Source: Candidatus Omnitrophota bacterium | GTDB lineage: Bacteria; Omnitrophota; Gorgyraeia; Tantalellales; Tantalellaceae | Length of the DNA stretch: 60,096 bases | Reading direction: 5' to 3' | NCBI GenBank assembly: GCA_049643885.1 | Contig: JBARQV010000065.1 | Coordinates: 1 to 60,096 of the forward strand | In this document: piece after piece, positions 35,301 through 42,268 of the stretch | Position numbering within the stretch: position 1 is the stretch's first letter | How the letters are laid out: each line of letters opens with the position of its first letter | Program-made: the position numbers and the translations under genes | The notes under the pieces: generated by a model | The model's input: the letters and a program-made list of their open reading frames with translations, nothing else | Databases searched by the model: none | What the model was told of the DNA's origin: nothing

Positions 35301-38300
35301 CCTCTTTTTGAAACCAGATCAGCCTCGTAAATCTTATACCCCTCCCTTCTGAGCTGCTCAAACTTTTCCTGCTGGCGGACCGGCCTCAGCTTATACGTCC
35401 CCAGTGCGCATTCATTGAGAAAGGCATCGCGAAAAGCCTTCCTTGCTCCTGACGAGCTTTTTCCACCTTTGCGCAGCTCCTCGTATCGGGCGATGAAAGA
35501 AACTATACCCATCCCGTTTATCTCTTTCAGCATCTCGAAAAAGCCCTTAGGATCCTCCGTCAAATATTCCCTTAAACGTTCTCGTCCCGGAAATCTTTCA
35601 TGGAACAACAACTTGAAATTATCGACACCCATTTCGCCTATCTCGTAAAAAATATCCTTAATACTAATCCCTCCTCTCAGAATCGCCCTTCTGTAAACGG
35701 CACACAGGGCCTTAATCCCGAGATACTCTTCGGAGCTGAGCTGTAAAAAGATCTGAGGGTATTTCGCCGTCTTAAGCGCATATTCTCTCCCTTTTGAGAA
35801 ATCTATCCGACCCAGCTCTATCAGTACTTCCCCGATATCCTCTTCCCAGATGCGCAGTTTTTCGTCATTTTGTATTGCCTGATCCAGCATAAGTTGTAAA
35901 GATCCAGGTATATGCTCATGTTTCCCGGTTCTTATATGGGCCACTTCATGGGAGGCTACACCCACCCCTGCCTCAAGCCCCCGGTTATTTATAAAGGGGA
36001 GTGAAATATGAATCCTTGTTCCGGCCTTGTTGAAATGACCCGCACCGTAATCTTTTTCAACCCAGAAGAGTTCCGTATTGCCTTCAGGAAAAGTAAAGAA
36101 AACGTCTATGTCATCCGGAATGCTCGCCCTTTTTCGGATCTGGGCCCTGAGACCTTGAAGTTGCTCGACGCTGCTTGCGCGCCCTAACAGCACAAGCGCT
36201 TTATCCACTTCCTCTTCGGTCCATATTCTTTCTTCGAAAATGCCGAGAATAGTCGCGAAATAACTATACTGCCGCTTAAGCTGTTCGTCGAGCGCTGCAA
36301 ATGAGCCTTCATGCCCGTCTTCGCATACCGTGCCGCAGGTGACGTTCTCGTCGATCGCGGTTTTCCTTCGAAAAGCAACCAGCATTATTGCTAGCCACGG
36401 GAACAATAGGCTGAGTAATGAGAGGTCCCCTTCCGCACTCGGGGTACATCCACCGATCGAAGAGTCAGGTGTGGGATGCGGCTGTGGAGGCGGAACAGGA
36501 TCGAACACATCCCAATGCAGAATGTCGTAAGAATCGCCATCCGACATTGTAAATGAAGCGTCCTGCCAGAAAAGCGCGCCGTCCGAACCGCTGTCATAAA
36601 CCGTGCTTATCTTCCAAAGTATATTCCATGGTTCGAGTTCGGTATGCCTTACCGTGCCGCTCATAGATATCGGATCTGTAAGGGGATAGTCACCATCCAT
36701 ATAATCATAGTGGTGTATAGAATAAAACGTCTGGTCCAGACCGGTCCAGGTATCGACCGTTCCCCTGCTCATCGACCCGATAGTCACATCTGTTGTGGGA
36801 TCTTCGGTGCGTATCATATCAACAAGATCGGCAAGGAATGATTCCATCTGGGTAGTGGTTATACTTGTTTTCTCGACGCTTATTGACGGTTCGTTCATGA
36901 CATCCCATGCGGCTATCGCGCTCTCACCGGCATAGTTCCTTATAAAATCTGTCATAAGGGCCAGCAATGCCGCCCGCTTCACGGGATCGGTTATAAGGTC
37001 CTGATGCTCTCCCACGGGATATCCGCTTTCATCCGAGACCCCGTCAGCCAGCATGTAGTCAAAGAGGACCGGGATAAGTTTAATGCCCAGGACGTTTGCT
37101 GCCTCCACGAGGGCATCCATATCAGCATAGACTTGTGGTGTATTAAAACTGATGGGGTTTCCGCTTCCGTCAAAAGTCATACCGCTTCTTAAATCGCAGA
37201 AGAGAAATACACGGACATATCCGCCCTTCCACGGGTCAAGCGCCCCGTAAAGAGCGGATCTCTTCAGCAACGTGGAAAAACCCTCATGATCTTCGCCGTT
37301 CATTCCAAGACCTATATCGAAACCGTAAGCGATCCACGGAAGATTGGCCCCTCTATAAAAATCTTTCCAGCCGGGAGTTATCGTCACTACGGTAGACTGG
37401 TCGTCCTCTTCGATCGTTCCGTCAGGACGATATGTCATAGTCTCCGTTAGATTCCATGCGGCATCGTAAGTGTAAGTCGTGACCGTGCCGTCTGATGCGT
37501 CATTCCGGGAATTGAGATACCTGTCACTTCCTACTACATGCTCGGAATATCGTGAGCCATCGATCTCAGTTCCGATAACAAAATTCGGCCCGATGAACTC
37601 TTCAGTCTGCGCCCCGGCGCTTTTGGCCGGCGCAAAGAGCATTACAATGGCGAAAATAATAGCAGCCAGGCCTGTCCGCAGAAATCCCAACCTGCCTCGT
37701 GCGTTTAGAAGATTTGAAATAGGCTCCCTGAAATCTATCAAGAGTCCTATGCCAAGCCCCAGACCCGCATATCCGCACAACCAGCCGATAATAAGACCGG
37801 CTATAGTGGCTATGAATCCAATGTTCAGGTCAGTCGTATCTCGCTTGCCCCGAGCGGAATCGAGGGGTCCATCGTCTCCCGAGGCCTGATGTCTGAGGTC
37901 TGATGCCTGAGGTCTGTCATCTGTCTTCTGTTTGCTGTCATCTGTGGGGACTCGTTCGATCTTTACCTTGCTTGCGTCGCGTTGGATATCGGCTATACTT
38001 TCGCAGGTTGAGTTGATCTTGAACCTTGTCCCCTTGCCTTTGCCGTCAAATACTTCTACTTCGACCGCTACTCCTTCGCCATCTTTTTCTGGAATAGAGG
38101 ATATTACATTAAGCTTTCTTTGCCCCGCAAAGTATGGATTGTTATTGCTGTTCCTGATGTTGTAGTACCAATCATTCAGGGTTGCGTTTATGTTCTGGCA
38201 GGGAATATTAGTTTCTTCTGATATCATCTTCGTGATTATCGCTGTTTCGAACCTAAGCTGGAGGTCATCTGTCTCACCCGTTATGTCCATTATGGGTTTA

Positions 38301-38485
38301 AACAGGGACTGGACCTGGAGAGTAGAATTATGTGAAGACAGTCTCCCCCCGGGATATGCCCAGAGAATAGTGTTTACAGTGAACAGGCACACTACGACCA
38401 TCGCTATTGTCTTGATCCATGTTTTGTACCTGTTTTTCATGTTACTCATGTTTATCACCAGTTTTTTGCTCGATAAATCGAGCAA
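32390..38485 (-). CDS. Giant multidomain membrane protein (GH5-like ectodomain, HExxH, MTase-like and HD modules); function unknown
   Basis: An uninterrupted 2,031-codon ORF. The tracked start is TTG at 38485. The alternative ATGs at 38449 and 38440 (MSNMKNRYKTWIK, followed by a TM helix) are more likely. Motifs are listed in the findings. Confidence 0.8.
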   Translation of the reverse strand: MLDLSSKKLVINMSNMKNRYKTWIKTIAMVVVCLFTVNTILWAYPGGRLSSHNSTLQVQSLFKPIMDITGETDDLQLRFETAIITKMISEETNIPCQNINATLNDWYYNIRNSNNNPYFAGQRKLNVISSIPEKDGEGVAVEVEVFDGKGKGTRFKINSTCESIADIQRDASKVKIERVPTDDSKQKTDDRPQASDLRHQASGDDGPLDSARGKRDTTDLNIGFIATIAGLIIGWLCGYAGLGLGIGLLIDFREPISNLLNARGRLGFLRTGLAAIIFAIVMLFAPAKSAGAQTEEFIGPNFVIGTEIDGSRYSEHVVGSDRYLNSRNDASDGTVTTYTYDAAWNLTETMTYRPDGTIEEDDQSTVVTITPGWKDFYRGANLPWIAYGFDIGLGMNGEDHEGFSTLLKRSALYGALDPWKGGYVRVFLFCDLRSGMTFDGSGNPISFNTPQVYADMDALVEAANVLGIKLIPVLFDYMLADGVSDESGYPVGEHQDLITDPVKRAALLALMTDFIRNYAGESAIAAWDVMNEPSISVEKTSITTTQMESFLADLVDMIRTEDPTTDVTIGSMSRGTVDTWTGLDQTFYSIHHYDYMDGDYPLTDPISMSGTVRHTELEPWNILWKISTVYDSGSDGALFWQDASFTMSDGDSYDILHWDVFDPVPPPQPHPTPDSSIGGCTPSAEGDLSLLSLLFPWLAIMLVAFRRKTAIDENVTCGTVCEDGHEGSFAALDEQLKRQYSYFATILGIFEERIWTEEEVDKALVLLGRASSVEQLQGLRAQIRKRASIPDDIDVFFTFPEGNTELFWVEKDYGAGHFNKAGTRIHISLPFINNRGLEAGVGVASHEVAHIRTGKHEHIPGSLQLMLDQAIQNDEKLRIWEEDIGEVLIELGRIDFSKGREYALKTAKYPQIFLQLSSEEYLGIKALCAVYRRAILRGGISIKDIFYEIGEMGVDNFKLLFHERFPGRERLREYLTEDPKGFFEMLKEINGMGIVSFIARYEELRKGGKSSSGARKAFRDAFLNECALGTYKLRPVRQQEKFEQLRREGYKIYEADLVSKRGVPLDLLKDLKALSRKIPSGNRGKRSLYIASGADIRTSIILSEKAEEIVLVDKQSFNGEPDMSGPISLEHAKWLYFRDIEWAKFSEINTILPWIGAKHYLLWELEAMGAEVVGGPEFDSGRGAYVIRFKLPGEDNERKIIYFEIEDANREETYPEQLKSFIGEGIDLYVQKACQHVNLPESIISLIAASLDENGALVIDMGHEGRRVLGDKVRDGMGGKTDEILTGLGLVNVNTRGPESRIRYGYGPAGIYVKKPAAEPVTARIEADIDDIMKESDEYRIAHVRQAIESFRQFIRGRDGFEVLYSYIAGSAVLKRTPDKEEYFRALQEALDIYEGLSEKEKNTLLLAIILHDVGFTREAGWAGHWEEGARRIEPILRRYGIHDREMISNVKDIVARHGNITDFGVYILPQNLQEMRAVSPNTRAQSLIMSLIDTLGKLKRSPPHALDNILSTQALREVISVYRNIDTVTPEEFLEWRLKCAGIVRVFQISREGFELSDEEFTRLKAMAAGNRVFSDIWSKNIRNCVFPLFINLLANNKGPSRVENLYKIMLLFAYISRLYFDSGKVAPETILNLGITGGDFDDDNLFKRLLQGMDESGFFAMDVNDITEKKVRQELDSSSWTNVFGLKLKFENEKILLDGSPQPTDDGLSTIDDGRNTTGEMRPTTDDRQPTTTNQRKIESKIKTSCYWSVDLMEDVRPVLSEVLPALEEKNEQVPVDIEVDLSLITKENMEEYAEMWSYLILACYKLDNVNFTFTHQDFPGGSEVPAALINDKANAPAWDEMKDALKTKIRAKAPMFGCTMDIDEMFQTRINAGIRKDSVRVPIWSKEYLEWIRSADVPLLENNQYPVALEGITTLEGRGTALRNFEAALAIGLCKAALVIAKRKDEANGKEEELPKLRKEILEKLKRLYKHFNDEIEINEDTLDHMLSPAPETRIDLAIHHALPPIVRMPVNEIREQIRMANLYLQNA

Positions 38486-38575
38486 CTACATCAGCCTGGG
38501 GAGCTGTCTTACCCCGTTTGGGGAGGGATAAAACAGCGCCTTTCAACCAGGCTTAATAACCTTTTAAGTTTCAAA

Positions 38576-38600
38576 GATCCCTCGACTTCGCTCGGGATCA
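38576..38600. repeat. REP-like hairpin, minimal variant
   Basis: GATCCCTCGA-CTTCG-CTCGGGATC. It has the same GATCCC/GGGATC arms and CTTCGCT loop word as 5209-5261. Confidence 0.5.
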
Positions 38601-38652
38601 TTTCGCATTTATGATTTACTCGCACTACGTGTTCGTAAATCATGTGCTCAAT

Positions 38653-38694
38653 AAAAAAAGGCCAAACCGCCTTCTTTTTCTAGGCAGTTTGGCC
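38653..38694 (-). terminator. Intrinsic terminator inside the spacer upstream of the giant gene
   Basis: The minus strand reads GGCCAAACTGCC-TAGAAAAAGAA-GGCGGTTTGGCC followed by TTTTTTT: a 12-bp stem with one mismatch. Confidence 0.7.
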
Positions 38695-38791
38695 ATCTAA
38701 ATGAATGCTAAATACTTATGTTGTATTTTCCAGACCCCAAACTTTGCGCCCCTATGTCACCATGGGTTTGCCTTTATCTAGATTTATTATT

Positions 38792-38819
38792 ATTTTACCA
38801 TAAAATAAAGTTAAGGCAA
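38792..38819 (-). promoter_or_regulatory. Candidate sigma70-type promoter with extended -10
   Basis: The minus strand reads TTGCCT-N16-(TGG)TAAAAT, in the AT-rich part of the spacer, about 100 nt upstream of the terminator at 38653-38694. Confidence 0.35.
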
Positions 38820-38891
38820 GCTAAAGTTAGTAATCTTTTGTATTCTTAACATATTTTAAGTCGTTTATAGGCAAAAGCTTAGGATTATGCA

Positions 38892-38919
38892 GTTAGTAGT
38901 TTGTAGTTGGTTGTTCTAC
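38892..38919 (-). repeat. Heptanucleotide tract, inverted relative to 3951-3992
   Basis: GTTAGTA GTTTGTA GTTGGTT GTTCTAC. The reverse complement contains the TACAAAC/TACTAAC words of the AAACTAC family. Confidence 0.6.
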
Positions 38920-38948
38920 AAAAACAATAAAATCAAAGGTAAGATACA

Positions 38949-39027
38949 ACGGGATATGGGGGTATTTCGTACGGGAGGATCCACACCGGGCGGAGGGGCC
39001 CGGTAGAAATACCCCCATGTCCCGTAT
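38949..39027. other. 79-nt GC-rich extended hairpin
   Basis: ACGGGATATGGGGGTATTTC...GAAATACCCCCATGTCCCGT forms a 20-bp stem with one mismatch. The inner CCGGG-CGGAGGGG-CCCGG forms a second stem. It contains GGATCC. Confidence 0.7.
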
Positions 39028-39082
39028 CATGTTTCCTTTAAAAAATTTGTTTGGGAAGGATTTTATTGTTTTTGGTGGGCCA

Positions 39083-39868
39083 CTATTCAATAACTTCGAT
39101 CTGGGATGGATGGTCGATAAGGATCCTGGGGCCGTCATAAAACTCTATCTCCCCCGTCACCTCTACCTGTTTACCATTGTAGTATTCAAGAGGGTCTATG
39201 TCCTCTTTTTCGAAGAAAAATATACTTCTTCCGAAAATTACAGCTTTAAAACCCTGCTTGAAGTTCAGGAAAACTGATCGATTGGATAAATGCGTGGCAA
39301 GAACCGCGCCTCTTACAGATAAATACTTGCCAATGTTTTTCTCGGCTTCTTCCGGGGCGATAACTTTATAATCTTTCCATATTCCCCTTCTGTTCTCTTG
39401 AGCTTCTTTTTGTGCTTTAACCAGGAGGTCTATATGTTTTACGTTGGGAGGAAAAGTCAATAAAGACGCATAGCCCTGCTTTAAAAGTTCAGCATTGACC
39501 ATTTTATCGCCTGAATAAACATAGGCCAGCCAGCGGCCGTATTTGTCCTCTTTTTCGGCGTCGAACTCAAGCCGCACGTTTTTGCCGCGGATCATTTCGT
39601 CATTGAATTTTTTCGCTTCTATGGCATACGGTTCGGGCATATACTGCCATTCACCGCCGATCCGCTTTCTCACTTCGGGCGTATCGATACCGATATAACG
39701 GACTTTCTTCCCATTTTTCAGTTCAACAGTGTCCCCGTCGACCACCCAGGCTACGGTGTATTCATCTACCGGCTTCGCGGCTTGAACGGCTTTAAGGGGA
39801 GCTGGCCGGCAGCCGGGAAACAGTAGACACGCGGCAAGCAATAGTGTGATACTCAGTTTAATTTTCAT
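39083..39868 (-). CDS. Thermonuclease (SNase)-family lipoprotein with C-terminal OB-like extension
   Basis: Signal peptide with lipobox LLFPGC, SNase motifs VVDGDTVELKNGKKVRYIGIDTPE and RWLAYVY, and about 90 extra C-terminal residues. Confidence 0.82.
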   Translation of the reverse strand: MKIKLSITLLLAACLLFPGCRPAPLKAVQAAKPVDEYTVAWVVDGDTVELKNGKKVRYIGIDTPEVRKRIGGEWQYMPEPYAIEAKKFNDEMIRGKNVRLEFDAEKEDKYGRWLAYVYSGDKMVNAELLKQGYASLLTFPPNVKHIDLLVKAQKEAQENRRGIWKDYKVIAPEEAEKNIGKYLSVRGAVLATHLSNRSVFLNFKQGFKAVIFGRSIFFFEKEDIDPLEYYNGKQVEVTGEIEFYDGPRILIDHPSQIEVIE

Positions 39869-39869
39869 T

Positions 39870-39920
39870 TTTATTTGATCCCGACTGAGCCCTTCGGGCT
39901 CATCCGGGATGACATATTTT
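39870..39920 (+). repeat. REP-like extragenic palindrome, unit with a different core
   Basis: TTTATTTGATCCCGACTGAGCCC-TTCG-GGGCTCATCCGGGATGACATATTTT occupies the whole nth-SNase spacer. Confidence 0.75.
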
Positions 39921-39921
39921 A

Positions 39922-40557
39922 TTAGTAAAAAACTTTATATGATGGGCATAGAGACTTTAGTTGACATTTGGGGCAAAGCGGCTTTTTTGCATCGCATATC
40001 TCCCGCCCATGAGAAATAAGCAGATTTGAAAGATCGCCCCATTTCTTGCGGTCATAAAGCTTCATCAGGTCTTCCTCTATCTTTACAGGATCAGTGTTTT
40101 TTGACAGGCCCAGCCTTCCGCTCAACCTCTTAACGTGGGTATCGACAGCTATGCCCTCGTTCTTCTTGAACGAATGGAACAAGACAATATTGGCCGTCTT
40201 CCGCGCGACTCCCGGCAGTTTTACAAGCTCCTCCATAGTGCCGGGAACTTTCCCCTTAAATTCGCTTTCTATCATTTTCGCGGCGCCAATGATATTCTTT
40301 GCCTTATTCCTGTAAAAACCGGTCGACCTGATCTCTTTTTCGAATGCCGGCTGTTTTGCCCTGGCGTAATCTTTCGCCGTCTTGTATTTCCTGAAAAGGT
40401 CTTTCGTCACCATATTCACGCGCTTATCCGTGCACTGGGCGGAAAGTATCGTCGCCACAAGAAGCTGGAACGCGTTAACATGACTCAGCACGGTAGTCGC
40501 TTTTGGGTACTCTTTTTCAAGGATTTTATATATCTTTTCCGCTTTCTTCCTGTCCAT
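39922..40557 (-). CDS. nth: Endonuclease III
   Basis: HhH-GPD motif (LPGVARKTANIVL), catalytic D in AVDTHV, and the 4Fe-4S motif CDAKKPLCPKCQLKSLC. The start is taken at MDRKKAEKIY. Confidence 0.92.
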   Translation of the reverse strand: MDRKKAEKIYKILEKEYPKATTVLSHVNAFQLLVATILSAQCTDKRVNMVTKDLFRKYKTAKDYARAKQPAFEKEIRSTGFYRNKAKNIIGAAKMIESEFKGKVPGTMEELVKLPGVARKTANIVLFHSFKKNEGIAVDTHVKRLSGRLGLSKNTDPVKIEEDLMKLYDRKKWGDLSNLLISHGREICDAKKPLCPKCQLKSLCPSYKVFY

Positions 40558-40558
40558 C

Positions 40559-42268
40559 TTATTTCCTTCTGAATCGCTTTTCAAGCTCATCAGCGGTTAT
40601 CTCAAAAGACGTCGGCCGGCCGTGCGGACACGTGAACGGCAGCTCACACTTTTCCAGCTGCGTGAGAAGTGAGATCATCTCTTTTCCGTTCAGTTTTTCC
40701 CCGGCTTTGATCGCCGCCCTGCAGGATGTCATTTTTACGAGCTCGTCGATAACATCGGTTTTAGCAAGATCAGCCTGGCTCATATCCAGCAAGACATTCC
40801 GGATAACATCAGCTACGTCGGAGTCTTTCAAAACCGCCGGGATGCTTTGGACCACGTAAGATCTCGATCCGAACGGTTCTATCTGGAAACCAAGGCCCCT
40901 GAAATCATCAAGAAGCTTCCCCATGGTCGCCTGCTCGGACGCGGTCAACTCCAGTTGTATCGGGAAAAGAAGGTTCTGGACATCCGGCGCATGGTTTACT
41001 TTGGCCTTGCTGAAAAACTCATAAAGGATCCTCTCGTGAGCCGCGTGCTGGTCGGTTACCTTCAGGTGGTTCTTATTGATCTCCACGATATAGCAATTTC
41101 CAAGCTGGAATATGGCTTTTTCCGGCGCAAGCGGGACATTATCAGGTGCGGGGGTACCAGCCGCTTCATAATCAAATTCAGTTTGAACCTCAGCGATATC
41201 CCCCCTGGCAGCATTCTCAGGTTCCCGGAATTCTTCAGGTAACGATATACCTTTTTCACGGGACGTTTTCGTTTTTATTTGTTCAAACTTTACCTTGACC
41301 GCTTCGGAAATAACATTTTTCACGGCTCTTTCGTCTTCAAATTTGACCTGCAATTTCGTGGGATGGACATTGACATCTATCTCTCCGGGATCGAGGCCCA
41401 GGAAAAGAACAGCCGATGGGTACCGTCCTCTCTCCAGGAGGCTTCTATACGCTTCGGAAAGCGCGTCGCTCAAGGCCTTGCTCCTGACGAACCTGTTATT
41501 GACGAAGAACATCTGCGCCTGCTTGTCCTTCCGCGTGCTTGAGGGACGGCTGATGTAACCGGAAAGCGTATAATCACCTTCGGAAAGTGCTATGTCCACC
41601 ATCTCCCCGGAAACATCCCCGCCAAGAATAAGCTGGATCCGCTGCTCGAGACCCATATCCCTGGTCGCGTGCAAAAGCTCTTTACCGTCATGGCTTAGTT
41701 TTATATCGATGTCAGGGAAGGAAAGGATAAACCGCCCTACCGTATCGATGACAGCCGCAAGTTCGGTCGCCTTTTTCCTGAGGAACTTCCGCCGGACCGG
41801 AATGTTATAAAAAAGGTTCTTTACTTCGATGGTCATCCCCCGGACACGCCCGGCAGGCATAGACTCAAGGATCTCTCCGCTTTCCAGGTAAAGCTTTGTC
41901 GCCGGGTCATCGCCTCCTGTGCATGTGATGATGTCCATCCTGGATACAGCCGCTATGCTGGCCAGGGCCTCACCCCTGAAACCCAAAGTCCTTATATTAT
42001 AAAGGTTTACCGCGTCTTTTATCTTGCTAGTGGTGTGCCGCATGCAGGATAATTTCGCGTCATCCTCGGTCATTCCTTCGCCGTTATCGGCTACCCTGAT
42101 AAGAGATGTCCCGGCCTCCTGTATCTCGATATCGATGCTGTCGGCGCCCGCGTCGATGGAGTTCTCGATCAGCTCTTTTACGACCGACGCCGGGCGTTCC
42201 ACTACTTCGCCGGCTGATATCTTCCCGATAACTTCGTCACTCAGGACGTTTATCTTTGTCTTTGCCAT
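40559..42268 (-). CDS. mutL: DNA mismatch repair protein MutL
   Basis: GHKL ATPase N-terminus (VVKELIENSIDAGA, DNGEGM, LGFRGEAL) and a C-terminal dimerisation domain with DQHAAHERILYE and CPHGRP. Confidence 0.95.
   Translation of the reverse strand: MAKTKINVLSDEVIGKISAGEVVERPASVVKELIENSIDAGADSIDIEIQEAGTSLIRVADNGEGMTEDDAKLSCMRHTTSKIKDAVNLYNIRTLGFRGEALASIAAVSRMDIITCTGGDDPATKLYLESGEILESMPAGRVRGMTIEVKNLFYNIPVRRKFLRKKATELAAVIDTVGRFILSFPDIDIKLSHDGKELLHATRDMGLEQRIQLILGGDVSGEMVDIALSEGDYTLSGYISRPSSTRKDKQAQMFFVNNRFVRSKALSDALSEAYRSLLERGRYPSAVLFLGLDPGEIDVNVHPTKLQVKFEDERAVKNVISEAVKVKFEQIKTKTSREKGISLPEEFREPENAARGDIAEVQTEFDYEAAGTPAPDNVPLAPEKAIFQLGNCYIVEINKNHLKVTDQHAAHERILYEFFSKAKVNHAPDVQNLLFPIQLELTASEQATMGKLLDDFRGLGFQIEPFGSRSYVVQSIPAVLKDSDVADVIRNVLLDMSQADLAKTDVIDELVKMTSCRAAIKAGEKLNGKEMISLLTQLEKCELPFTCPHGRPTSFEITADELEKRFRRK

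Noticed and set aside
39060-39085. tRNA/tmRNA-like ...GCCCACCA 3' end on the minus strand
   Set aside because: It straddles the SNase stop codon and adjacent 3' spacer rather than lying wholly inside coding sequence. No acceptor or T-arm pairing can be drawn, so the match is coincidental.
38893-39138. 81-aa minus-strand ORF in the giant-gene upstream spacer
   Set aside because: It overlaps the SNase 3' end out of frame and runs through the 79-nt hairpin. It has no SD or motif.
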